Assembly: GCA_048213135.1 (NCBI GenBank)
Contig: PS015400.1
Span: forward strand, 62,001 to 110,970
Length of the DNA: 48,970 nt
Source of the DNA: Reclinomonas americana ATCC 50394
Taxonomy: Eukaryota
Direction of reading: 5' to 3'
A program made the translations under genes and the position numbers. Positions 37,082 to 48,970 of the stretch are shown here, in pieces. The notes beneath the pieces are model-generated. The model ran no database searches. It had not been told where the DNA came from and worked only from the letters and a program-made list of their open reading frames with translations. Position 1 is the stretch's first letter. Each line of letters begins with the position of its first letter.

Positions 37082-37813
37082 ACAAGAGACACAAGAGACA
37101 CATACCGTGTTGATCAGGCCCACAGAGGTGGTGCAAAAGTCACCGTACGAGATCTGCATCCACACACACACACAAGTGAGTGCGCGAATCTAAGGGCGTG
37201 TGAGAAGTGTGCGCACAGACTGACACACCCACTGCTTGACCGCCAAGCACACGATCGTCATCAGCACACAGAAGTAGCCGACACCAGCCACCACCAGTCC
37301 ACCGAGCTTCTCAAACGCTCCGTGACTATGTGCAATCATCATCATCAACATCACTCAATCCACACACACACAGCGCACGAGTGAGACGAGAACGAAACGG
37401 TGGTTGCTGTGACTGCTGTGTTCCCACTGGAGGCCACGCTGCAGGCTGCGTCGCGTGCGTCGCAAACTGCACAGCACACACAGTCAACAAGTGTGACGCA
37501 ACACAAACACACAGTCAACACAACGCACAGTGTTCGCATAGGCCGGTGGTGGTATACGTTGCGGCTGTGATGGAAGCACGCCAGGTGCGCCTGGTGGCAC
37601 ATAGCCGCCGCCGCTGTTGTCGATGAACAGAGGCTGGCCAATGCCGCCGACAGCAGTGACGGGTGGTGGTGGTCCGACGGGGTAGTTCTTGGAGGGTGGT
37701 GGCAGAGGCGCTTGAAAGCCGGGAGCGGCGTAGTAAGGGGCGGCGGCGGCGGCGGCAGTGGAAGGAGCGGCAGCATCGCCACTGGGAGTGAAGGCGCGAT
37801 ATGTACCGGCCAT
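37082..37813 (-). CDS. Hypothetical protein with a Pro/Ala-rich N-terminus followed by a hydrophobic (TM-like) segment; 3' end in the gap
   Basis: ATG at 37813 (MAGTYRAFTPSGDAAAPSTAAAAAAPYYAAPGFQAPLPPP..). Downstream exons include SSVDWWLVSATSVLMTIVCLAVKQW and ISYGDFCTTSVGLINT, bounded by GT/AG introns. Confidence 0.65.
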
Positions 37814-37990
37814 GTTGGCTCCGAGTCAGCAATGTGTTTGTAGTTTGCCGGACGATGCGGCGGACAACTGTGTACGATCCGTGGAGTGGGGTTAGCTGTG
37901 CAGGGAACCACGTCACTTGTTTGCTACACGGGATGCGCGTTGCTGGTTTCGCAAAAATAAGTTGTCCTTTCTCTTCACTTTCCTTCCTGC

Positions 37991-40754
37991 TCATGTGCCG
38001 GAAAAGTCGACGACACTGACGAGAAGTGTCTGTGTCAGTGAGCCGCCTGTTAGTCCGGCGATCAGTCCGAAGCTCTGCAGACAGACAGGGGGATGCCGGT
38101 GGGCACGAATGACGGGGGTTATTGAGTAGGTGCAGCGGCAGGCGCACCATGACAATGCCCGCGGTCTCCAGATCCACCGTGCGAATGCCCTTCGAGTCGA
38201 TCATCATGCCCATGGTGGCCTGTGTGGAGCACACGAGTCAAGGCCTTTGTCGATGCCCATGCACGGAACCTCGAGGCACACTCACCAGCAATCCGCTGAC
38301 ATACCCAATCACCACCGTGATCACCAGGCTTGCCCAGTCATTCGCAATGAGGTGCGGTTTCACGCAGAAGAAGACCAGTGGAATGAACAGTAGCCGCACG
38401 ACGACAGCCACGTAGTACCAATGTGGTGGCCAGCGCGGGATGTAACCGGCCGTGATGCGACCTGTGATGCCGCGACAGCAGTGAGGGGGAGAGTGCAGGG
38501 GAGAGCGGTTTGTTATTCGGTGGCGCACCGACAAAGTCGCTAAAGTTGAACACCATCTGTGTCGCGTGCACACTCCTTTAAAGGCCAGCTGTGGATCACA
38601 TTGCGGCACCGACCACTCACCAGCAGCGTCACCGGGAACCAGTCGTTCGACCAGGTGTAGGTAACCGGCGGTATCAGCGCCACAATGCCCGGATAGATGA
38701 CGTACGACGAGAAGAAGGTGACAAAGACACAGAGGAACGGCTTCCACAGCAGGCGGAAGATGGACCAGATGCCTGAGCCGGCGTCCTTGTGTTTCTGCCT
38801 CCGCAGACCTGCACGGACTCAGACAGGCGACACAAAATGCGCCCAATGAAAGTAACACATGCACGCAACTCCATCGCGCCTCGTCATCATCGTCAATATC
38901 CTCCTCGTCATCGCCATCGTCACGACCCGCTGTGGCAAACTGCTCACACGACACTCGATAATTACATCCAGCACGTGATATTTCCAGTACAACCAACGCA
39001 CCTCTCGTTCCAAAAAATGCTGACTGAAACCCCACCCGCGCATGGCCAGGTACAGCAGCAGCGAGAGCACGATGAGGACCACCGACACCGAAAAATAAAT
39101 GTACGATGACACCACGGCTGGGTGATTGCACATGGTGAGAGAGTGGCAGCACGTACGACACTCGCAGCGTGCTGGCGCAACTGGTGCGCGACGTGGTGAA
39201 CGCCGCCTTGGTGATCATGCGCACGGACGACGCAGTGAGGCCAGCCGCGGCGGCACCTACCAGAGTGGCTTGCATGTAGCGTGGCGGGAACAGTGAGGCG
39301 AGGCCGAGCACTGCGACAAGAAAATCAGCAACGAGCAGAAGCGTTATGGGGTGTGAGACTGTAGCATACCAGTCGCATTCAGTACACCACTGCGGGCAGG
39401 GGATGCAAGAGTGAGGCGTGGTGTGCGAGGAGATAAGACAACGGAGGGAGGGAGGGACACACGCAACGCGACACAACCTGTCGAGTCGGCAAGCACGGTG
39501 AGTCAGGAGCGATCAGAAGAGCAGCGCGTAGGGGACAAGGCCTCTCTCACTCACCGGTCGTGAAAAACGAGCCCAGCAGAAGGAAATAGGCCGTGCGTTG
39601 ACTCGTCAGGTACGTCCACGCCGTTGAGATCATGAAAAGCACAATGAGAATGGGATAAAACATGAGCATGCGACTGTGGATGGTGAAACGCTGCGCGCGA
39701 ATGCCGAATGCACATGTCAGAGGCCACGACGGCAGGGCGCCATTGCATGAGACACACACACCTTGGCCCATATCAGCACGGGAAAGTAAACGAGAAAGTT
39801 GCCGAGGTTGTACGAGAACGAGATGTTGCTGATGACCCCGCTGTACGACGGATACTGCTGCTTCATAAAGTCGACTGCTCCCATGAACCTGAGCACGGCG
39901 GCGGTGAGCACCCTTCCCGATCGCACCCGCCTGCTCCACGACGCAACGAAAAGAACGGCAGCAGGAACGAGGCGCCTAGCAGGATGCACGACAGGTACGT
40001 GCGTTGGCACTGCAACAGGCAGCGGAACAGTGAGACCACCGAGAGAACGAACGAACAAACCAACGATCGATCGCATGCATGCATGCACCTGATCGCGTGG
40101 CAGCAGCGTAAAGTCCGTGCCGGAGGCTGGCGACGTGGAGTGCTTGCTGCCGCCAATGAACATGTCGCCACTCGGCACATCGCTCTCAGAGTCATCCCCA
40201 CCAAACCCGCCGTACCCTCGATACGGCGTCGGATGCCGTCCATTGCCGCTGTCGATCGGAGACGGAGGTGACTTGTTCCCGCGCCCTCCGCCTCGTTTCA
40301 CTCCTCCTGCATCAGTCTCCCGCACCGTGTCTGCATTGATTGTGGTCGACGGTCTCTGCTTCCCTCGTCGCCCAGCAGAAGAGGCCTTGTCGCGATCGGT
40401 GCGCCCGTTGTTGGGTGAGCTGGCTGTGTGCTGAAAGAGAGGCGCAATGCCTGCGACTCCAACACCGCCGCCCCCACCACTGTTGCTGCTGCTGTTGTTT
40501 GTGGAGTCGCCGAGGAGCAGGAGACTGCCATCGGGAAGTCGCGGAGGGCCAGAGTTGCTGCCGTACGACTCGGGCTCATCGGACCACTCAAAGTCGCCAG
40601 TGATGAACTGCAGCCGTGTGAGTGTGACAAAGAGATAGAAGGGAGGAAGAGAGGAGGGCGTGCCTTGGTCTTGGAGCCCGACCGGCCCGGGCGCATCTCG
40701 ACGACGAATCAATGCATGCAAGGACGCGACGGACGTCGACGTACAAGAAACCAT
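37991..40754 (-). CDS. Equilibrative nucleoside transporter (ENT/SLC29 family), copy B, with a long low-complexity N-terminus
   Basis: GAVDFMKQQYP, LGLASLFPPRYMQATLVGAAAAGLTASSVRMITKAAF, YIYFSVS, VIYPGIV, WFPVTLL/..FNFSDF/..GRI, RLLFIPLVFFCV, GYVSG, ETAGIVM/SFGLIAGLTGGS. Stop at 37991-37993; the exact first exon is uncertain. Confidence 0.9.
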
Positions 40755-40793
40755 GTTTTACATTCGTTGAAGCCTACGTATTAAACAGCGCTA

Positions 40794-42893
40794 TTACGTA
40801 CTATCGTTGTTGGTGCCGAGGTCCAGCCAGGAGACCAGACCGGACTGCAGCAAGGAGCCGGTGATGAGACCGGCGTTGAGTGCGAAGCTCATTAGAATGC
40901 CCGCCATTTCTTGGTCGTGGCTCTGCACGCGGCTGCACCCGTAGATCATGCCCATGGCTGTGTGTGCGTGGAGTGAGTCATAGAAAACGGGGAACGGCTG
41001 AGAGCGACACAACTGCCAAAGAATCCTGCAAATTGAAAAATTAGTTGAGAAATCGACTGGCGTGATGAGCAAGAGACGGCACGACGCACCATTCGTGAAC
41101 CCAAAGAGCACGGAGAGGATGAGTGGCACCATATCGGCGTGGATCAGAGATGGTTTGACGCAGAAAAAGATGAGCGGAATGCACGCGATGCGGCAGAGTG
41201 TGGCGATGAACAGGCCGGTGGGTCCAAAGGGCTTCCAGTTGCCCACAATGCGCCCCGCCTGCGCGAGTGTGCACGAATGAGGGTGGCGAAAGCAGCAAGT
41301 TGTCTTCATCAGCACAACACGCAACAAAGTCAGACACGTTCCACAACAGGAGCAGCACAATGGGAAACCAATGGTCGTTGCCCCAGCTCCATGTGTGAGC
41401 CGGAATGGCGGTGACGATGCCAGGGAAGACGACAGCCGAGAGGAAGAAGGTGAGGTACACGACCAGGAACATGAGCTGCGGCGGCCACAAAGGTTAGGGG
41501 CGATGCCGCACAACGTGAGACGGCTGGCGCACGCTACGCAACAAAGATCGATTTGAACACTTGGAACGTCTTGGACTTGGGTTTGTCGGCGATCAGCGGT
41601 GCTGCAGTCTCGCACGATCAGATCACATGCACGCACACACACAGAGACATGGCACACACACACACAAAGCAAGCGTACCGGATTCGGGATCATCCGACGT
41701 ATTCAGCACCACCTTGGTCTGCACGATTTGGAACACAGAAGGTGAGCAGCAGCGGGCGACACGACCACGTGCAGGCGCACGCAGCTTCCTTGTCCAAGTA
41801 GTACTGCGCAAACGGCCACGTGCGCATCATCGTGTACAGCAGCACGCAAACAAGAAGGAGGAGTCCGCTGAAGCCAAAGTAGACGGCCGATGACAGAACC
41901 ACTGCCGAGAGGAAGAGTGAGTGCAATGCGCAAATGCCAGCGCCCTCTCCACGCACACGCGCACACCTCCTCGGTTGGGACCAAGCGCGGCCTTGGTGAT
42001 GATCCGCGAGGTCGAAATGAGCGTGCCCGCCGCACCCACACCTGCACACGCAACGCCGAGTGAGGAGGAGCACATCACTTCGTCGAGAGAACATCACATG
42101 CAAGACAACGCGCCTGTCAGCGCGCTCTGCGTGTACTTGGGCGGAAACAAGGCCGCCAAGCCGAGAATGGTGGCATTCAGCACCCCACTGACGACACCTG
42201 CACGCCACAGTTGAGGCGCAGTGCGGTGGAGACAAGAAAACGGAGAAATATACCAATGAGGAACATGGAGGCCTCCAGCAACCACGACGCCGTGTTGATC
42301 TGGTTCGACAGAATCACGCTCCAGAACGGCGTAATGCCCAGCAGCACAAACATGCTCAAGTAGCCGGCCACAGTGCGCACGAGAATGCTCACTTTTTGCG
42401 CAAAGAACAGCAGCAGCAGATAGATCACAAAGCCTCCAATGCTACACACACACGCGCACACACACACAAAAGTCAGCTTCCTCGCGCACAGTGTGTGTAT
42501 GAGAGAGAGAGAGAGACGCGTAACTTGTACGCAGTGTTGATATCAGTGACTACGTTCTTGTGCCCGGGGTACTGATCGTTGAGAAAGTCGACAGCGTTGA
42601 TCATGCTAAAGAACGGAAGCTGCATGCAGAGCAAATCAGTGTGTGTGCACGCTCTCTCTCACACTCTCTCTCACAGAAAGAGAGGCATACCATAAAGCCA
42701 GCTCCGAGCACCATCACGACAATGTAAGTGGCGGTCTCCTGTTTCAGCGTGTGAGAGAGAGTGTGCGCGCGAGAGAGAGAAGAGCAGTCGCGCATGATGT
42801 GACCTTGCCCTCTGGCACCCTGTGGCGCAGTGCTCTGGTCACCTCTGCATCCTCAGAGTTGACACTGCTCCATTTCTTCTCAGACGCACTCAT
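40794..42893 (-). CDS. Equilibrative nucleoside transporter (ENT/SLC29 family), copy A
   Basis: MSASEKKW..YIVVMVLGAGFM/LPFFSMINAVDFL, LGLAALFPPKYTQSALTG/VGAAGTLISTSRIITKA, AVYFGFS, VFPGIV, WFPIVLLLLWNVSDF/AGRI, RIACIPLIFFCV, FGFTNG, EMAGILMSFALNAGLITGS. Confidence 0.93.
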
Positions 42894-42953
42894 TTGTTCA
42901 ACGAGAGCCCCGACGGATCAACAGAAGAATCAGACACATAACAGATCGTTGCA
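42894..42953. promoter_or_regulatory. Putative bidirectional promoter; only 60 bp between divergent ATGs
   Basis: ATG at 42893 (-) and ATG at 42954 (+, followed by a signal peptide). Geometry only. Confidence 0.4.
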
Positions 42954-45900
42954 ATGAGGAGCGATCGTCGTCGTCTTCTTCTACTCCTCCTGCTCCTCGT
43001 GTTGGCTTGTGGGCGATGCGACGCGCAGAGTTCCACGTCAACATTGCAGCCGCTCGGTGACATTCTTTCGCGATGGACGAGCGCTGGCGACTCGGTGGTG
43101 TCGGCCTCTGGAGTGGCCCTGCACTCGTTCCTCGCAACAGGTGCCACACCAAGTGGAGGCCCGAGTCTGGCAGATGCCACGACGCCCTCCATGTTGCGTG
43201 GCTTTTCGCGCGCGATCCACTCTCGAACGCAACTGTCACACACACACACACACACACGCACGCACGCAACGAGCGAAAGAGAGAGAGAGGCGCATCGGCA
43301 GCGACATGTGCAGATAGATGCGACTTGTGTGTCGTCAATGTCACCACACCTTCACTGATGCAGTCGCAGTCAGCAATCATCAACCGATGCTCGATTTCGT
43401 CATTTATTCATTGTGTGATTGGTGACAGGTTTGGTGCGAGTGGCGGTAACGTGATCAACGTTGGATCGGTGTCGAGTCTGTCGTATTCGACGAGTCGTGT
43501 GTCGGCCAACACAGCGTGGGGCAGCGATGGGCAGTGGTTCACGGCGCAGTCGGTGAGACATGCAATTGGCGTGTTGTTCGCGTTGGCGTGATCTCATGAT
43601 CATTGTGCCCCGCGATGCAGAGTCAAGTGTGGATGTTTGCGGCCAACTCGATGAGTGTCACGGGCTTCCAGATCCGTGGCACGTCGGGTGGAAACACGTC
43701 GCGGCAAGCGTCGGCAACGACGCTGCAGATCACCAGCAACGGGCACACGTATTCTGTGCTCTGTCGCCAGGTGTGGACGAGAAAGCGGTGTGCTCTCTCT
43801 TTCTATCGTAGCGTGTCTGACACGAGCGACACACAGACGTTCAGCGGAGCCGCGCCATCGATTGTGCGCATGACACTGGTGCCAGATACGCCGTCGGTGT
43901 CGCAGACGTCGTTCGAATCATCGCCCTCTGTCGACAATGTCGACATCAACAATCTGTCGGCCGCCGTTCGGGTCTACCACTTGCTGTTCTCGCAGTTCGG
44001 CAGCACCGACTCGACGGCCTTGACTAATGCACAACTGCGCAGGTTGAGTTGACACCGTGAACCTGTCCTTTTCCGAACTCACTCACATGTCCTCGCTTCA
44101 GTGTGGCCAACTCGTTCATCTCCAACGTTTTGCACACGGTTCCCAGCGATGTGGCAAACTTGTCGCTCGCCAGTGTGCAGTCCGCCATTCCCACTGCCGT
44201 GCCCGCGATCGCCGCTGCCACGGCATCATTTTTGTCAACTGGCCTGACAACGTCCGGCAACACGGCCTTGTCGTACACGGGCAGCAATGGTACGTGTCAT
44301 GCGTCGACTGGCGGGCAGGGATGATTCTTGCAGCTCACGTATGTGTGCATGCGCAGCTGCCCTTGGCAACACGGTGACCACCAGTGTCAATCTCCAAGTG
44401 CAAAACACCGACGACGTACTTATCACACCGTCGAGCACGACGTCGCCCTTCCTCACAGGCTCCTACGTGTCGTACACTACCGGTGGCCTGTACGTGCTGG
44501 CTGCCGATATCTCCGCCATCTCCAACTTGGCCATCTCCGGCAGCACGGGCATGACGTCGTCGGCCTCTGTGAACTTTCTCACGCTTACGGCTACTGATAC
44601 CACTGGCATCATTCACACGGCGTTTGTGCGTTTTGTGTGCTCGACTACCCCCGTGTGCATTGTCCACATGGGCATCATCATGGCCGGCCAGTCGTGCGGC
44701 GCCACGGGCACTGCCAGCTCGGCAGCCTCGGTCGATTCGCTCTTCCTCTCCAATCTGCTGCCGTGCCAGCGCGCGTACCTCCTCACCTACACTACCACGG
44801 CGGCAGTGACCGAGACGACGGCTCGCGCGACGATGCGAGCGGCTCTGCAGTCGCTGGCGGGCGTCTCCATTTCTGGCGGTGATTGCGTGCACCTCGTCAC
44901 CTGCGCGCGCCGTCGTCGTTGTCTATTTGACTGACTGTGCGAGTAACAGGCAATACGCCCAGCGATAATTCACTGTCGTCCTACTCGTCGCGGCTCACCA
45001 ACAACTCATCCTCACTGAGCAACGCGATTCCGAGTCGGTTCAACTTTGTTGACGGCTTCACAGGCACGGAGATCAACGACGGCGGCGAAGACATGTTTGA
45101 CGGGTGAGATAGCATGCAACACTCGCTTCCCCTTCTCTCGCGTACTCACACACACACACACTCGGTGTGTGCGAGCAGTGGAAATCAGCTCAACACCAAC
45201 GTCCAGTCTCTGANNNNNNNNNNNNNNNNNNNNNNNNNNNNNNNNNNNNNNNNNNNNNNNNNNNNNNNNNNNNNNNNNNNNNNNNNNNNNNNNNNNNNNN
45301 NNNNNNNNNNNNNNNNNNNNNNNNNNNNNNNNNNNNNNNNNNNNNNNTTCCGTACACGAACGGAAGTGTGTTGTCGCACACCGCCTTTGGACCCACCGGC
45401 TCGTATCTCACGATGAAAATCACCGGAGCGTTCTTTTGGGTTGCCAAAGTGCGTGGCTTCGATTGCTGTTGTATATATGGTGGCTAACCGCAGTGCAGCT
45501 GGACAACGTCTCCTCAGTGTCCATCACCGGCAACAATGGTGCCGACGGCGCGGGCTCGGCAACGTCAAACAACTTTCGAGTAAGCGTTACCGATGACACT
45601 GGTGCAGCGCAGACGTGGCGAGTGTTTGTTGCGTGCACTTGCTGTCTCCCTCTCTCTCTTTGTAAGACACAACGATTGTCGTACCAACGTATGTGCTGGA
45701 CAGACCAAGCGCATTTGCAACTCGGGCGACCCGAGCATCAATCACGTTTCGTGTGTCTGCAGCACACGCCGTTGTGCGACTGCTCCGCTCACACATGTGG
45801 CCGTACATAGATTTGGATGATCAACTCGGCGGCTCCGAATGCGTCTAGTGTGTCGCAAACAATCGCCACCGACACCAACAGTGACCTGGATCAGCTTACC

Positions 45901-47173
45901 AATATGACCGGTGTGTGCATACACACACACGCACACACGTGCAGTTGTCATGTGCAGTGACATGCTCACTCTTCGTCGGTGCGCTTTCAGGTATCTCGGA
46001 GGTGCACTACATGTTGTTTGGAGGGCAGGGCTCGGCGTGTTTCGCGCAGGATACGTTTTCGGGTCTGGCCACCAACTACCTCGGTGTCGTGCTGGCCAAC
46101 CGCGCAGCCTCTGCGGTCCCCACTCCGGTGAATCGCACCGCCATTATCGTGGGCACTGTCTGTGGTGGTGTCGTCTTCCTCGCCATTGTGATTTTGTTGC
46201 GTGCATCGATGCTGGTTTTGTTGGTGGACAAACAATGACATGTTCTCCGCAGTGTGACGGCTAAGTGGCTCGTCCCTGGTTGCATCGTGGCACGACGACG
46301 ACGACAGGCTCAAGCCGAAGCAGCACGCGAGCAGCTTCGCCGCGATCGTGACGCTCATCTGCACGTAGCCGAAATAGAACGACAGCGTGAGGCAGCTGCC
46401 ATTCGCGCAGCAGCACCACTCCCGTCACCACGTTACGGTAATCCATCACCAATCGGCAGCGACAGCGATATGCCCTTGATGGGCGGTGCACCGGCGTCGG
46501 CGCAAATCGGCAATGCCAATCCGGCGGCCTTCGAATTGGTGCCTCCGGACAACGTGATGGCCGCCATGGCAGCTGCGGCCGCGGGAGGGAAGAATAATCA
46601 AGGAGGTGGTGGCAACGGAGAGCCACCGCTCAAGCCGGTGTACCCGGTGCGTAGTATGGGAACCGTATGCTGAAATATTGTGAGGGTGAGATGCTGACTC
46701 CCACTGTGTTGCGCAGGGCGCCAATATGCCTCTGCCACCAGCTGCACCGCTCTTTGCGCCGCCAGCACCATTATCGCCTGCTAGCGCCGCAGCACCGTAC
46801 GCACCTCCCCCATATCAATATGTACCGAGTGCACCACCAGCGCCGCTGTCGCCAGAGGTGGGTTGGCGCCTGCTGAAGAGTGGTGTTATCACGAAAGAGT
46901 TGTTGCTTAGTGACTCGGCATCGCGCGCAGTTTGCATCGCTGGCTGTGCCTGCCCCACCCGGTGGTCCAGCGTATTCGGCCGCTCCTGTCATCTATCCAC
47001 CAGTGCGTTCACACGTGCCACTCGTTCCGTGCATTGCCCAAAATGTAATCTCTCACATGCACACACAGGCTGCACCCATGTACGCGCCCGCTCCACCCAC
47101 AACAATCGAAATGGCGCGACTGTCACCATCACCACCACCACCCAACTCGCCACCGCCAGCGTATTACCCATGA
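42954..47173 (+). CDS. Type I single-pass membrane protein: signal peptide, Ser/Thr-rich ectodomain with two copies of an unassigned domain, TM helix, Pro-rich tail with PPxY motifs
   Basis: MRSDRRRLLLLLLLLVLACGRCDA signal; TM AIIVGTVCGGVVFLAIVIF/VTAKWLV followed by ARRRR; tail APPPYQY and SPPPAYYP*. Frame-consistent GT-AG introns throughout, with one gap inside. Confidence 0.82.
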
Positions 47174-47182
47174 TTGTTGAGT

Positions 47183-48970
47183 TCAATTCACACTGAAAAT
47201 GTCTTGCTGTTCATCCTTGTTGTATTCCGTTCGTGGTCCTGCACATCGCGTCAGACACAAGGCTGCATGCTGCCGCAGGATCGAGACGTACATACCACGC
47301 AATAACTGGGGTGCGGGCTCGGCGTTCTTCAAAATCAACGAAGGAAAGCGCTCCGCAACATTCTGCACACACAGGGGCTGTTGGTGAGTGCGCCTGCAAA
47401 GTACCAACAGAACACACGCGTGCTGCGACCGCACCATGATCAACTCGCCAAACAAACTGCACCAATAAAAGAGACGGATGTGAGCATTCTGTCGGCGTGC
47501 GATTAACTGTGCGCCCTCACTCACCTGTTGCACCAGCCGAACCACGACCTGGATCACCGAAAATGTTCCGTCATCATCATCTTGACGCACCAGCAGCACC
47601 ACATGCAACTCACCGCGAATACGCAGACACGTCATCCTTCCAGAAACTCTCGTGCATGAACCCGGTGCCATTGGCACTCCGCACCAGCATGGAAAGGAGG
47701 CTGGAGATCTCTGCAGGATCGTCGCTGGTGAACGCCTGACACCGGCCATTCAAATCAAGTGAGCAACATCGTGCGACGGAGAAAACAATTACAAGTCATC
47801 CACCTGCATGATCAAGCCCATTGGCCAGATGAATTTCTGCAGACAACGTAGCGACGTGGGCACAAGGGCGAACAAACACGTACTGAGGAACACCGCGCAC
47901 CTGTCGAGTGTGGTACGAGCTACGCGCAGCAAGGGATTCAGCTTCAGAGCGACGACAACAGCGAAGACGGATTTGCTCACCCCACGCCAGTGGCGGCCGA
48001 ACCGGAAAAGTAGTATGGATTCGACTGGGAGAGAATCAACTGACGAGTGTTGCGATACACCGGCTGCCACGACGAGACAAGAGTCAGTCATCGACCACCA
48101 TCACCTAAAAGCGTTCATTGGACGCAACATCGGTCGACTTGACGTAGCCAAGGTACGGCAGACTCAGCAGCGACGGGACCTGTGCACGAAAAATCGGTTA
48201 ACTGCGGGTCGCGGCCATTGATGAGACTTGTGGTATCACACACATTGGCATCGTCCATCCTGCCACAACAGATCGAGTGAGCACGAAATCTATATTGCAC
48301 GCACTCTCTCTTTCCATTCAACGTACCATACGCGATTGCCGTATCCGTCCACCTGCAAATGCACAATACTAACGCGTCAGCAACCCGGCAAGCGCATGAA
48401 GAGGGTAGAGAGAGTGTGTGCGTGCCTCGTAAGCGTATGCTCGACCAAAGATCTCGTGCTGCGCAATCGACCACGACTGGATGCTGTACGCGTAAAGGAG
48501 CGAAAGATAAGCAGTGCGGCCGCGGAGAAAAAGTGGACAGCTCTTCAACATGCCCTTGATTGATTTCCGCGGCGAGTGCCCGAGCTCGGTTGGCCCTGTC
48601 TCCGTCGTTCATGTTGTCGCAGATCTCGGCCGCCTGTCGTAATGATACCACCATCATGGCATTGGCAGCCGTCTGAAAGAGGACGCATGGACATGAGATG
48701 AGGGAGGTCAGCATGGTGGCTGTAAAAATCGACTGCCGCACCGGATAACCAAAGACGCCATTGTCGTCTGAAGGGCGGGTGATCGACTTGGCCATTCCTG
48801 AGCAGCACACACGCACACACACACACACGCATACAGCCATTCCACTGAGCACCGGAGCAGATCAATCGCAGACATGGCGCTCCCCACCTGTTCGGCGCAC
48901 CGGAGTCCCAACGCCCTGCCACAGATTCTGCACCTGCACGGTCTCTCGCGTGAGCGACTCACACGCACAG
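47183..48970 (-). CDS. Glycoside hydrolase family 125 (metal-independent exo-alpha-1,6-mannosidase), 5' part beyond the window
   Basis: GVGTPVRRT/GMAKSITRPSDD, AANAMMVVSL, AYAYE/VDGYGN, MDDAN/VPSLLSLPYLG, YIWPM-like FIWPMGLIMQ, NGTGFMHESF, YSR/SWFGWCNS/LFGELI. Confidence 0.93.

Noticed and set aside
1-48970. CRISPR arrays, tRNA/rRNA genes, transposases, prokaryotic operons or defence systems
   Set aside because: None seen by eye; the DNA is spliceosomal-intron-rich eukaryotic sequence, and the many antisense ORFs are GC-rich shadows of real exons.

Overview
This is eukaryotic (protist-like) draft genomic DNA: GC-rich, very intron-dense (mostly ~55-130 nt introns with CA/TG and GA/TC tracts), very gene-dense, with five N-gaps. 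The six-frame ORFs are mostly exon fragments or shadows, so gene models were rebuilt by hand from splice signals and protein-family motifs. Gene order: IP3-receptor-like channel 1 (-, runs off the left edge); Pro-rich/coiled-coil protein (+); MPPED-like metallophosphoesterase (+); ERH (-); LAMTOR5 (+); PLAT-PhoD phosphatase with Cys-rich CaaX tail (-); coiled-coil protein (-); IP3-receptor-like channel 2 (+); ERdj3/DNAJB11-like DnaJ (3' half on an inverted contig); Pro-rich membrane protein (-); two tandem ENT/SLC29 transporters (-); type I membrane protein with a duplicated unknown ectodomain (+); GH125 alpha-mannosidase (-, runs off the right edge). Main observations: (1) channel 2 has about 21 WD40 repeats, on one intronless 3.85 kb exon, inserted inside its N-terminal suppressor domain, plus a rewritten selectivity filter (GLRGGSQFE instead of GLRxGGG[VI]GD). 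(2) More than 30 inferred introns use a second class of 5' splice site with an extra T after GT (e.g. GTTGCGT beside normal GTGCGT). (3) 4-nt and 6-nt microexons build part of the channel S5 helix. (4) Intergenic spacers are as short as 9-60 bp. All models are manual and need RNA-seq confirmation.
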